A DNA stretch of 63,967 nt, the filler included, from Reclinomonas americana ATCC 50394 (taxonomy: Eukaryota): assembly GCA_048213135.1 (NCBI GenBank). It is 14 parts of 14 records of this genome, joined end to end, with 100 filler letters (N's around TTAATTAATTAA, not from the genome) between each part and the next. Parts side by side here need not be neighbours in the genome. Positions count along the whole stretch, not along the records: positions 49,937 to 54,838 come from AFZH01017754.1; positions 54,939 to 60,127 come from AFZH01017758.1; positions 60,228 to 62,845 come from AFZH01017759.1; 11 more parts are not named here. One strand, given 5' to 3'. Position 1 is the stretch's first letter; the number at the start of each line of letters is the position of its first letter. Shown here piece after piece: positions 49,972 through 62,468 of this stretch. The notes beneath the pieces were generated by a model. The model saw only the letters and a program-made list of their open reading frames with translations. It was not told the DNA's origin and did no database searches. Made by a program: the position numbers and the translations under genes.

Positions 49972-52814
49972 GAGGAGTTTCTGAAGAATGCTTGCATGTG
50001 GGGCTGTATGTGAGAGGCTGTGTGTGTGCTGAGCGAGGGAGCGAGAGAGAGAGAGAGAGACAGAGAAGTTGAGGAGTTTCTGAGGGATGCTTGCATGTGG
50101 GGCTGTGTGTGAGAGGCTGTGTGTGTGGTGTGCAGCGATCGCAAGACGTCTGCGCAGTTCCGTGCAGAGACTTTCTCTCCTTCGCTCCCTCTCTCGATCG
50201 CCCTCACAATCCCTCATGCGATCTGGAACCGCCTTCGCTGACACTCACTTTCATCGCAGTCTGTGATCCACGCACGTCATGCAGAGATCGTCTCTCTTTC
50301 AGTCGCACTCGTTCTTCCATCGTCAGATTACAAAGCGCAATACAAAGAAGAGAGGCAGAGAGAACAAGGTCGTATTCTACGCAGAACAGTGCAGCGATCG
50401 CAAGAAGGGAAGATCGCGCAGCGTGCATTTTCCATGAAGGATAGTGTGTTGTTGAGAGTGGAGAGAAAGGGAGAGAGTCTCTGCACGGAACTGTGCAGTG
50501 ATCGCAGGAGAGGAATGGTCACGAAGCGCGAAGTTGGGAGACTGCGTTGCGAGATGCAAGAGAAAGGGCGTTTGCGAGCGACAGAGATGATTGTTGCGCA
50601 TGACACTGCTGCTCTTGCGCGAAAGGAAAGTCGCGAAGCTTGCAGCAAAAGTGAGAGAGCGAAGGTGGCTTCCAGAGCGTGTCATGTTGCGAAGCGAGAG
50701 GCAAGAGAAGGGGCGTTTGAGAGAAGGGAAGATCGCGACTCCTGCAGCGAGTAGCACCAGCAGAGGCAGGATCGCGTTTTGAGAGATTGTGCATGTCAGG
50801 AAGACTGCGAAGTGTGAGCGAGAGAATGAGACCTGTACGTAGGTGCAGCGATCTCAGGACTGAAGAAAGTCGACAGAGCATAGGCGATCTGTGTGAGTGT
50901 AGGAACAAAGGGAGATCTCGGAATGAAGCAAAAGCACTCTGCTCCGTGTCACTCACTCCCTTTCCATCCTCGCAGATCCGGTCGTTTTCGCAGGAGCAAC
51001 TGCAGCCGCGAGTGCTGAGTGGCTTCCGCAAGGAGGAGTTTGATCGGGATATTATGCGCGCATTTGGTGAGTTATTGTATGAGGTATCAGTGTGTGTGAG
51101 TGAGAGAGAGTGTGTGCGTGTGTGCCTGTATATGTGGAGCTTGAGTATATGCGCATTTGTGCGTGCTTGCATGCATCTACGCTTGTGTGTGTCTGCGTTT
51201 GTTTGTATCCTGCTGCACTCCCTGTATTCCTTCCCTCCTACCCCTTTCTTTTGTGTGTCTGTGTGCTTGCTTCACATTCCTCACCCACTCCCCCCTTTCC
51301 GTTGTGTATTTGTGCGGTATTTTATCCTTCTGCAATTGATGTCCTCTCCCTCTGCTCCTTCCCCCCTTACCCCCCTTTCTTCTGTGTGTCTGTGTGTTGT
51401 TTGTATTCTGCTGCAAATTGATATCCTCTCCCTCTGTTCCTCGCCCGCTCCCTCGCTCTCCTTTCCTGTATGAATGTGCCTGTTCTTTTGTATCCTGCTG
51501 CAAGCTAACGTCCTCTCCCTCCCTCCCCCCTTCCCCCCACCCCCTTTCTCCCTTCCCCTTTTCCCAGGCCAAATGGGCGCCCTCGGCCTCACCATCAACG
51601 GCTACGGCTGCGCCGGTGCCTCGTCGGTGGCCTACGGCCTCGCTGCGCGTGAAGTGGAGCGGTACGGCTTTCCAGCACCCCTCCCCCTCTACTCTTATCC
51701 CTTTTCAATCTCACTTCCCCCCCACCGCACAGAGTCGACAGCGGCTACCGCTCCGCCATGAGTGTGCAGTCGTCACTGGTCATGCACCCGATCTACACAT
51801 TTGGATCGGAGGAACAAAAGACGCGTTTCCTGCCGCGACTCGGTACGCATATCAATTCTCTCTTTCTCTCTCTCTTTCCCTCTCATTAATCTCTGTCCTC
51901 ATCGTGCAGCCACTGGCGAGCTGGTCGGCTGCTTTGGCCTCACCGAGCCCAACCACGGCTCGGATCCGAGCGGAATGGAGACGCGTGCGAAGCGACGTGA
52001 CGACAAGACGTGGGTGCTGAATGGCTCCAAGACGTGGATCACCAACTCACCCATCTCCGACCTGGCGGTGGTGTGGGCCAAGACCGACGAGTTGAACGCG
52101 AAGAAGAAGCCGGTGGTGCGCGGGTTTATTGTGGAGCGCGGCATGAAGGGCTTCACCACACCCAAGATCGAGGGCAAGATGTCGCTGCGCGCCTCGGTCA
52201 CTGGTACGTGTTAGAAAGGGAGAGTTGCATACTGTTTTATTGCTGATCGTGGTGCGCGGCAGGTATGATCATGCTCGAAGACGTGGTGGTGCCCGAGGCG
52301 AATCGGTTGCCACTCGCTGCCGGCATGGGAGTTGCGTGCGACTTGCGTGTGTCATTCACTCTCTTGTTGTCTGCCATCGACTTATCGGTGGACGAATGCA
52401 GGGTCCGTTCAGCTGCCTGAACAGCGCCCGCTTTGGCATTGGATGGGGTGCGCTTGGTGCGGCCGAGGCCTGCGTTGCGGTGGCGCGCTCGTACACGCTG
52501 GAGCGTCGCCAGTTTGGCCGCCCGCTGGCACAGAACCAGTTGATTCAGAAGAAGCTCGCCGACGCCGTGGTGGAGATCAGCCTCGGTCTGCAGGCGGCGC
52601 TGCAGGTGGGCCGCCTGAAGGATCAGGGTCTGGCCGTGCCGGAGATGATTTCGCTCATCAAGGTTTGTTGGAGGAAAAAGGGGGGAGAAGGTTTTTACAA
52701 CGGGCTGACTGTTGTGTGTGGTGCCCCAGCGCAACTCGTGTGGCAAGGCGCTGGAGATTGCACGCCAGTGCCGTGACATGCTCGGTGGCAACGGCATTGT
52801 GGACGAGTACCAGA

Positions 52815-52845
<31 letters not shown>

Positions 52846-52984
52846 GTGTGGAGGATGTAATTGTGTGTGTGTAAGTGTTGGGAAGTGTCTCACTCTGTGT
52901 GTGCAGGTGAACACGTATGAGGGCACGCACGACATTCATGCGCTGATCCTCGGCCGTGCCATCACTGGCCTGCCGGCGTTCTGA
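49271..52984 (+). CDS. GCDH: Glutaryl-CoA dehydrogenase, mitochondrial (spans a gap)
   Basis: Presequence-like MLRLLSRSS..., [106 protein letters not shown]. Confidence 0.96.
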
Positions 52985-53049
52985 GATGCATGCGTGGGAC
53001 AGCGAGTGGGGAGAGAGCTTAGCGTAGAGACGTGAGGAATGCATGTGAG

Positions 53050-53620
53050 CCATTTTGACTTTATCAGTGCTGTTCCCAACAGCACGACATGCGCTCCGGT
53101 TACCTTCAAGGCATTGCTTGCCTCACAGGCTTATTTGCACAGCTTTGGAGCGGGGACGAGTCGACATCACATCCAGCCTTCGGTCTACTACTTCGAAGAT
53201 AACCCGTTACTTGCGGTCGCCAACAGCACGACATGCACTCCTGCGTCCTCCACCGCCAACGGCGCTGTCACTGCATTGTTTGGATCATTGTTTGCCTGGC
53301 TCTGTAGCGTGGACAAGCCATCTGCATCACATGAACTTCGGAGCACATCCAGCCTTCGGCCTACTACTTAGAAGATAACCCACTACTTGCGCTCGCCAAC
53401 AGCACGACATGCGCTCCTGTTACCTTTCAAGGCGTTGCTTGCCTCACAGGCGTATTTGCGCAGTTTTGGAGCGTGGACGAGTCGACATCACATGGTGATT
53501 ACGTCCAGCCTTCGGTCTGCTGCTTCGACAACAACCCGTCACTTGCGCTTGCCAACAGCATGGCATGCACTCCGACGACCTCCGTCGCCAACGACGGGTA
53601 CCTGGACTGGGGCTTGGACA
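53050..53620. repeat. Degenerate tandem repeat (about 150-175-bp unit, 4 copies) downstream of GCDH
   Basis: CAACAGCACGACATGC at about 53077, 53221, 53397 and 53553; TCCAGCCTTCGG and ACTTGCG recur. Confidence 0.8.
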
Positions 53621-54938
53621 AGTCGAGAACTGCGATCTCATCACAGCGTGGTTGGCCTGTTGATTGCATGAACTCTTCGGAGTACATTCAGTGGTGGAAG
53701 GCAGCCAGACAATGTACGGGTCTCGAAGCAGTTGCTGGCATCGGCGGCACTGCAGCAGTCTTTCGGATTGGTTCGATTTTGCGACTGCTGCGATCGATAA
53801 AAATCGAAACTTGCAGACTAAAACCACGAGCTTCATGCATTTCAAGAAGACAGCGATCCCAGTTGCTGCTGCATCCAGTGCCTTTTCTTGCAGGCAATCG
53901 CGATATCCGGAACCTTCCGCAATTCCGATCGCGCGAATCCATATCTGCAACTGCACACCTCATCATCGCCCCACCCTTTGCTCACCATCTTCGCGGCCCG
54001 GGTGTGCGGAGCATTCGCCGACCCCGCGTGCCCCCTCCACTCCGATTTCGCACCTCCACGGCCCAATCCGGCCAACCGACCCCGAATATCCAAACAACAA
54101 TCGAGTTTTTTTTGTAGAGCGTTGCAACCGCCAGTCTCGCATTCATCGCGATCACAGTCTTCTCTCTCTCTCTCCCACTACGCGTGTGTGTCTGGTGAGT
54201 GGCGATCACGTGTGTGTGATGAACATGCATGCATGCATGCAGAAACAGAACGAGCACGCTGCATTGTGCGCGCGGGAGAGAGACACGTGTGTGTGTGTGA
54301 CGCGCAAGAGATCATTTTGAGAGTGCATGTCGGGCGCGTGTGTGCATGCATGCATGCATGACAGAGAGGGCGGTTGCGGGAGAAAGCGAGACGCAAATAG
54401 AGATGATGGGGGTTGGTTGTGCGCGCGCGCGCGCGAGATCACGAGATCACCCGTGCACACACGCACTCTTTTGCATTCGTTTGCATGCACAGCGCAGTGT
54501 GTGTGTCTGTGTGTGCGCGATGCTGCATGCATGCACGCACGCGTTGTCATGATGTGCGTTCTGTTTGAGCATGCAACTCTCGTGGCCACTTTGCCGCTTT
54601 TGGCAGATGTCCGGTTGATAGCCGTTGAGATTTGACCATTGCAACGCACGCTTCTTCGTTTCGTGTCACACACTCTTGCACACACACACTTTCTCGCTCT
54701 CCCTCTCCATTATGTGTGTTGCATGCATCGCCTCTGCTATTGTCTGACAAGAGCAGAAAAAATCAGAGAGGGCCGTGATGGCCGCCAGTGATCATCTCCA
54801 CTTTTATTCTCGCACATTCTTTGCGCTCTTGTGCCTTTNNNNNNNNNNNNNNNNNNNNNNNNNNNNNNNNNNNNNNNNNNNNTTAATTAATTAANNNNNN
54901 NNNNNNNNNNNNNNNNNNNNNNNNNNNNNNNNNNNNNN

Positions 54939-55882
54939 TCCACACCTTCCAGTCCCGTGCCAACGGACCACGGCCGGTCTTTGCCGACGCCACAATGGTC
55001 GGATCCTCCTCCGCCTTGTAGTCCTCCTGATCGAGTGCATCGAACGCCATGTCCACAATCACCACCTCGCGCTTATCCAGATCCTTGCCCTCCAGGTGAT
55101 GGATGTTGGGCTCTACCGGGCCACCCGCCGCATGAATGGTGGTCACCGAGATCTCAAATTTGTTCAACGCCGGGGTTGTCAGCACTGCCGAAAAAAACCA
55201 CAACCAACACCATCAACTCCGATGACACGTGACACGGAGACGACGAGTGCTGAATGAAGCAGGCCGCGCACCTGTGCGGCAGTACGGGTACGCGTTCCAC
55301 GCCTTCTCGTGCAGCTGCATCCAGCGACCGGGAATCGCCCATCGGATCCATCCCGGCACACGACTGCAATCGGAATCAGCATTGACGATGATGATATCGC
55401 GCCACACAACGAGAAGCCCCACCTTGCAATGTGATAGATCTTTTCTGTGTACTGCACCACGAAAGAGAGAGCGTGTGTTGAGTATCGTCGCAGACAGAGA
55501 GAGAGACAACTGCTGCTGCGGCTGCTCCTCACCTGGCCCTTCTCCATGCCCGTCGGTGTCTCCTTCTCGTATGGCTCATTGACCAAGACCTCCACGCGCT
55601 CCTTGGAGTTGCTCATCTGTCGCGATGCCTTGGCCACTCCATACAGCTGTCCCACGTGATACTGTGCACACAGAGAGAGCGCGACATGCCCGCCACCATC
55701 AGCCTCTCGCTCACTCACTCACTCACACAGGCCATTGCATCAGCACGCACCTCCTCCACTGACATGGGGAGCACCACTCGACTGCATCACACACACGCAC
55801 AGCACGATGAGTGACAACTGTGTGTGTGAGAGCACGCGCACACGCGCGAAACAAACAAACGCAACTATTCCTTGATCAACAT
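54939..55882 (-). CDS. Class I phosphatidylinositol transfer protein (PITPalpha/beta-like); 3' end in gap
   Basis: [65 protein letters not shown], EEDPT...KTGRGPL..DW. Confidence 0.93.
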
Positions 55883-56261
55883 GGTTGCGGTGAAGATGCG
55901 AGGCAAACGTGCACGCTGGAGGAGAGAGAGAGAGATGACACAGGCTCTGCAAGCGCACACACAGCGAGCGAGGGGAAGAGAGAGAACATCAAACATGTCA
56001 GCTCAACGGTCCACGCGCGCGCCCTCAAAACACAATTCGTGCACCACACACAGACTCTGCGTGATGCGCACTACATGCACACGTGCAACAAACAAAGAGG
56101 AGTGGCAGCGGCGCACCTGTGACTGAGCGAAAGACGACTTCTTCTCGACGGAATGGACTGTGGAAATCGTCAACTTTTTTTACGCAGAGTTGCGCGTCGC
56201 TGCACCTCTCCGTCGGCGTTCATTGCACACTCTCACTCTCTTTCTCACTCACTGTGCAGAA

Positions 56262-57140
56262 ATGGTCAACGGACCGGGTTTGTGCACTCTGTTTTCTTTT
56301 TTGTTTGCTTCAACTCTTCCTCTTGTTGTGTCTTCCTCGCACTCACCCTCTGCGGAACATGCGCGCACAGCGGTGTTGATGCTCTCATGCATGTGCATTC
56401 TGGTGCGGCGTGTGCGCGCGTGTGTCTGTTGTGCGACATTGTCACTGACGCACTATCTGCAGGGAAGCACAATCATCTCGCAAGCCTCCAGCGATGTTGC
56501 GTGCTCCTCCATGTGCCTCCCACCCTTCTCTGCGTCTCACTCTCTGCTTGTGCGTGCAGGATCAATGTTGCGCATCTCTCAAGTCAACTCTTTCAGTCAC
56601 ACATTTCCTCACACTCTATCACAGTCATGGCCTACAACGCGGCGATTGGCTTCTTTGGAGTGTACGCGGCCACCACAAAGCGAGCAAACTCACAGCTGCA
56701 CTTCCTCATCATGCTGGGCCTGAGCATCATTGCCGGTCAGTCTCTTGTCCTCTTTTCCGCAACATGCACGCCCAGCTTCTCATTGCGCGATACATAGACA
56801 TTGTGTATCTGGCCTCGTTTGCCATCTCCATTGGCCAGCAGGACTCGGCGCACAAGGCGTCGTTGGGCTTTGGCATCATGGCGCTGCTGTTCAAGCCTGT
56901 CGCCGCCGTCTTTTCGTTCATCACCTTCCGCAAGGACACCAGTTGCGTGTACGCGAGTTGATTGGTCTTCTTTGTGTTGTTTTCGTTGCTGTCTCACGGG
57001 CGGGAGTAGGTCCGGGCGGATTTGGTTCGGCGTACGCGTCACCAGTGGCCTCGCCGCGACCTGCTGTGCCACCACCGTCGTACGAGGCGGCGGTCAGCGG
57101 CGGCAGTCGCAAGAAGGGCCCCGGCAATGTGGTTCTGTAA
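56262..57140 (+). CDS. AGTRAP-like small membrane protein A (includes a 7-nt microexon; C-terminal PPSY)
   Basis: QFMAYNAAIGFFGVYA...FLIMLGLSIIADIVYL...SLGFGIMALLFKPV matches the AGTRAP pattern (S...DI...F..GM...LLKP). Confidence 0.65.
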
Positions 57141-57328
57141 GCCACTCGCGCACACACCCCGAAATGATGATGTGCGAGGAAACCCCGGCCGCAGCGCCGG
57201 AGAAGAAAATGCACAGCGCCACTTGGTATTTTTCCTTTCTTCTCATGTTCACTCGGCAGCGCAGCGTGCACTGCCCGGTTGCTAACGCGGCGCGGCACAC
57301 GAGGCTGCCGTGAAGCGACTTCTTGCAG

Positions 57329-58502
57329 TTAGATTGTGGTGTTGTAGCCGTCGGAGGCGCCCGCCGAGTACGACGAGTCTGCAGGTCCCGCACCCAGTCC
57401 CGGTTGCTTGGAGGGTCCTGCCGAGTACGACGGAGCGCCGCGGCCTTTGGTGGTGGAGAGACAGAGTGTGTGAGACAGAGAGAGAGAGAGAGACAACTGA
57501 CAATCACGGCAGCACGAACACCGACCTTCATCGCGGAAAATCTTGAAGCTGCACACAGACAAGTCAGACGCGCACAACTCACCCCGCAACGCCCCAAATC
57601 CAGTGCACAAGACGCAACGCAAAGAAGAACGAGGGCACTGCGCGCGAGACACACAAGTCAGCGATAGCAGCAGACAGAAGACTGGGAAAAACACTTAAGA
57701 CACACCCTTGACCAGCAGCGCGATGATAGCCAGTCCCAGACCGAACCTGTGAAACGCACCTGTGAGCTGCACGAATACAGAGAGAGACAACACACAAACA
57801 CAGAACTTTGTCCGCGTGCTCTCATCGGCAGTCGACTTGCCGTACAGACCAAGCCACACCAAGTCGGCTGCGCACAAACAATCATCAGTCTCCTTCTCTT
57901 TCTCTCTCACCAGTGAATGAGTGCGCGTATGAGCTCACCGACAAACGAGAAGAACAGCATGATCATAAACTGCAACACACCACGAGTTCAAGTGTGAGTG
58001 TGCGAGGAAAAAAATGTGCACATCCACCCCCACCAATCAATATGCGAAACATTGAGAGAGGCAGTGGCGCGCTTCGCCTCGCCGACAAACACACCAAACG
58101 CCGCCACAGCGCTGTTGTACGCCATGAACTGCACACTGTGTTCACAAAGCGAGAGAAAGAGAGTTAGAGAATGCAGTAGTCTGCGTGTGTGTGTGTGTGT
58201 GTTGCTCATCTGCACACACACCTGTTGGTGCCCAAGCTGAAAATGTTCAAGCCGTGCGCTCCGGCAACCAATGAAGAGCACAGAGGGAGAGAGAGATGCA
58301 CTCGTCAGCATCATTGTGTGCGTGTGTGTGTGCGTCCATCACCGAGACATTGCACCCTCGCCTTCTCTCACACACACATACGCAGTGCAGCACTAACTGT
58401 GCGTGCGTGTGCGTGTGCGCGTGTGTGTGCGTGCAGCGAGAAAGAGAGACGTATCATCATGACGAGGGCGAAGATGACAAGAAGGCGACCGCTGTCGAGC
58501 AT
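57329..58502 (-). CDS. AGTRAP-like small membrane protein B (paralogue of A)
   Basis: VQFMAYNSAVAAFGVFV...FMIMLFFSFVDLVWL...FGLGLAIIALLVK aligns with paralogue A. Confidence 0.6.
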
Positions 58503-58641
58503 TCCTTTATCCGCGCTGCACACACACACAGAGTGAGACTCCACGAGGCAGCACTCAACGCTGCAGGCAACACACCTCTTTCAAGTGACACTAACACTGA
58601 CACAAAGCAGTTCATTGAACGGATTCAGTCTTCCATTTACA

Positions 58642-60127
58642 ATGCTTCGACGCGCCTATCGTCGACTCTTCTCCTCCTCCTCCTCCAGGGGCACTCTCTG
58701 GGACGAGCTGCAAGCACGCGGTCTCATCGACCAATCCTCCGATGGCTGTCGCGAAGCGTTTTCCTCTTCCTCTTGCACAAGTCGCTTTGCAGTGTACGCT
58801 GGCTTTGATCCGACTGCGCCCGGTCTGCACGTCGGCAACATGCAAATCCTCTCCACACTGCGTCTCTTTGCACATCACGGCTACCCGGTGGTGGCGGTCG
58901 TGGGCGGTGCCACGGGACTCATTGGCGATCCGAGTGGACGCGCCACGGAGCGATCGTTGTTGTCGCGGGAGCAGGTGGCGGAGAATGTAAAGGCGATTGA
59001 GTGTGATGTGCGACGAGTGGTGCGCGACGCCACGGTGCTCAATAACGCCGAGTGGTTGGGCGGGGTGTCGGTGTTGGATTTCATTCGTGATACGGGGAAG
59101 CATGTGAGGTGCGTTTGTTGCTGTGACTGACTGCCCGAGTCGCGGCACTCAGCGCCCTCTTGCCAGGCTGTCGACGCTGTTGCGACTGGAGAGCGTGGAT
59201 TCGCGCAAGGCGCACATGTCGTTCACCGAGTTCTCGTATGCGCTGTTGCAGGCGTATGACTACAATCACCTGTACGATCATCATGTTGCGTCTGCATGCT
59301 GCTGCCGTGGTTGTGATGCTCTGCTCACGTGTTGTGCGCACGCAGGGTGTGCGGTGTCAGATTGGCGGGCGCGATCAGTGGGGCAACATCACCCTCGGCA
59401 TCGATCTCATTCGGCGCACGCATACGGGCGCCGGCGATCACTCGGCTCTGGCGCTCACCATCCCGCTGCTGACCGACGGCGAAGGGCGGAAAATTGGCAA
59501 GTCGACGGCCTCGGCCGGCGACGCCGTGTGGCTCAACCCGGAACGCACGTCGCCTTATAATCTCTATCAGGTTTCGTGCCTCGCACCTACACCGCCCTCT
59601 CTTCATTGTGTGCCTCACCTTTGCCGCAGTACTTTATCCGGCTGGATGACGAGACGGCGAAGCGAGTGCTTCTGTCGCTCACCACGACGCCGCTCGACGA
59701 GTACCGACGCGTCGTCGACGAACATGCACGAACAGACGCAGCGCTTCGACTGCTCCAGCGCTTTGTCGCACATCGCATCACCAGCGAATTGCACGGCCAG
59801 CAGGCCGCCGACAGTGCCGCCGCCGCTTCACTGGCCCTCTTTGGGGATCAGCCATCGGCATCGACGGCGGCTGGCGCGGATGGAGAGAGTGCATCATCGA
59901 AAATCTCCTTGGCGGCGCTGGAGGCGGCCGCGGTGCCAGTGACGCGGCTGCCAGCGGGCGAATTCGCGAGTTTGGCCACGGTCGTCGACCTGTGCGTGCA
60001 CTGCAACCTCGTCAGCTCGCGAAGTGAGGCACGGCGACTGATCACCAGCGGTGGCCTCTACATCAATGACGAACGGGTGGAGGCGGTCAATGCGCCGCTG
60101 ACTGCGGCGCTGCTCAAACCAATGTCC
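58642..60127 (+). CDS. YARS2: Tyrosyl-tRNA synthetase, mitochondrial/bacterial type (3' end in gap)
   Basis: Presequence-like [27 protein letters not shown] (HIGH-type), [43 protein letters not shown], and S4 domain [17 protein letters not shown]. Confidence 0.95.
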
Positions 60128-60227
60128 NNNNNNNNNNNNNNNNNNNNNNNNNNNNNNNNNNNNNNNNNNNNTTAATTAATTAANNNNNNNNNNNNNNNNN
60201 NNNNNNNNNNNNNNNNNNNNNNNNNNN

Positions 60228-62468
60228 CATATTGTCGCCGCTCACAGCATCCCTCACGACGTACCTTGCAACTCTGGAAGCGGTCCAACGAACTGGTACA
60301 CGCCCGGCGGAGCACCTGCAACGGTGCAATCGAGTGAGGCACAGAATCGTACAGCACACGGTGGCCGCGAACGAACCATTTCCTCCGTGGTAGAACAATT
60401 GGGGAAGTGGGGCGTTGCGGTCGTGTGCGGCGGCATGCAGACGCAGCAACTCATGCGGCAGGAGACCGTCGTCCATTGGCGGCAACATCATCAGGGGCGG
60501 CACTTGTACTTCGGCATCGGGACGTGGCTTCGACTGCGGCTGCTGGCCCGGCTGTGCGCGGCCTTTCGGCATTGTCTTCACAGCGGCGGTCGCTGTCGCC
60601 GTCGGTGTCGTCGCCACAATTGCTGACGTGGAGCTGGTGATTACCGTGCTGCTGGAGGTGGTCGTCACGCTGGTCGACTTGGCCCGTGCTCGAGGAGCCG
60701 CGATGGTGGGCGATTGTTGATCCGACGATGACGACAGCGACGACAGCGACTCGATCGACATTCGCTGCCGCTGAACACTGGCACGTGTTGTACGCATAAG
60801 CTTCGGTGGTGGCGACGGCTGCGGTGGCGGCGGCGGTGGCGGTGGCGGAGGTGGCGGTGACGCCAGAGGTGGTGGGACCGTGGGCAGTTGCGGAAGCGGC
60901 GGCAGCGGTCGTGGAGGTGAGGGCTCCTGCTCGGAATCCGAGTCGAGCATGGCGCGAATGGAGAGAACATGCTTCGGGATCAGGGGAAACGGTGGAGGGG
61001 GAGCTGCTGGGTACGTTGACGTCGCGAATGACTGCAAGCTGCGAGGCAGTTGAGCTGATAGCTCTCGAGCGAGCGCTTCTGTACAGTCGTCGGTGATCAG
61101 ACCACAGCACGCGGAGGACCACACTGGGAGTCATCTCACCTTCCTCAGCGTCGAACTGGGGGAAGCGCGTGAGCTCGCCAAACTCGGGGCACGAGGGCAC
61201 TGTGCTCACGAGTAAGATTACTTGGCAGTCAACCTCACTCGACAACAGCACCCGTAACATCGGCGACCCATGATGCAATCGGGGGTGGGCGGCGGCGGCT
61301 CAAAGACCGTCGAGGCTGCGGAATCGGCTCGGCCGCCGAGAGAGAGCAGCACTCGACTGCGAGTAGTTCGCCGACGGGCCTGAACCGGCACGCGGATCGG
61401 ACGCTGGCTCCCCGGAAACGAGACGACGAGACAAAAGCAAGCGCACGGCGAGGTGCTGTCAAGCGGGCGGTTCCACTCGACGTACAAGTCGCGGCCGCGA
61501 GCCCGTGTTGCGTAGGCAAAGTCGGATGCCTGCTTGCCGGAACGCAGTGAATTTCTTGTACATGATTGTCAACTCCACAAAACACCGTGCACGCAACTGT
61601 GCCACGCCCACCACTGACCCACGCATGCGAGAAGGCAATCTGCGACCCATTCGGCACGCGGATGACGGCACAGTGTCGAGTGCCGCGGAAGAGCACTCGT
61701 ACCAACATGAATCTACGACAATTGGTGGTGACAAAACCGCAGCAAATGCTCATGACCACACAAAGCGAGTATTCCACAAACCCGTCCACCGGCACCGACA
61801 ACTGCCCTTTCCCCGTGATGTCGAGCCAGTACATCGGCGGTAGGCTCCGCCGTTCGACTGCACGATTGGCGGCCAAGTCCTCCCGCAGCTTGTTGTGCAT
61901 CGCCGTCAGTTCCAAGGCGTAGCTCGCATCCTCGTTGTTGACCGTGTCGGCGTCATCCGAAGTCGAGGTCGTCGTCGTCGAGGTGGTTGTCGCAGCTCGT
62001 GCATCGATTGCTCGCTTCTTCCGCGGCGGCGATTTCGCGACGTCGACCCCGTCGCGACCGATATCGGGCTCCGGTGACTCGGATCGAGGGCGTCGCCTGC
62101 ACACCATCAGTGCCCAACAAGCTTCAGGCGCAATCACGTTCCCCCTCTGCAGCACGTACCTCGATCCCAATCCCGCGTCAAACCGGTCAACGCGCAAACT
62201 GAGTGGATCGTCCATCGACTGCGCGTCCCACGCCTGCACCGACGTCGAGTCTGCACTTCGTTGCAGTAGCGGCGAGCTGTGGCCAGACAGCAGCATGTCG
62301 ACCCAGCCATTGGCCGCAGTTGCAGCTCGATGAACGTCCGGTTGCAGCACAGACCAGCGGGGAGGACGTTCTTCTTCTGCCAGTCGATCCAATGGCGGCA
62401 AATCGTCGACCTCAGCGCTGTCACTAGCTGCCTGTCGTCCCTGCAGCGTGGGCGTCGGTGGATCCATT
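60228..62468 (-). CDS. Hypothetical protein with central beta-rich region and Pro/Ser/Thr-rich segment
   Basis: Long ORFs 61235-62530 and 60180-61124 linked by short introns; probable NLS PPRKKR. Confidence 0.5.

Noticed and set aside
53050..53620. Spaced repeats resembling a CRISPR array
   Set aside because: The context is eukaryotic, the repeats are degenerate, the intervening sequences are homologous to each other, and there are no cas genes.
53620..54830. ORFs and (ATGC)n palindromic tracts between GCDH and the gap
   Set aside because: No coherent spliced product or recognisable RNA gene; the palindromes follow from self-complementary simple repeats.
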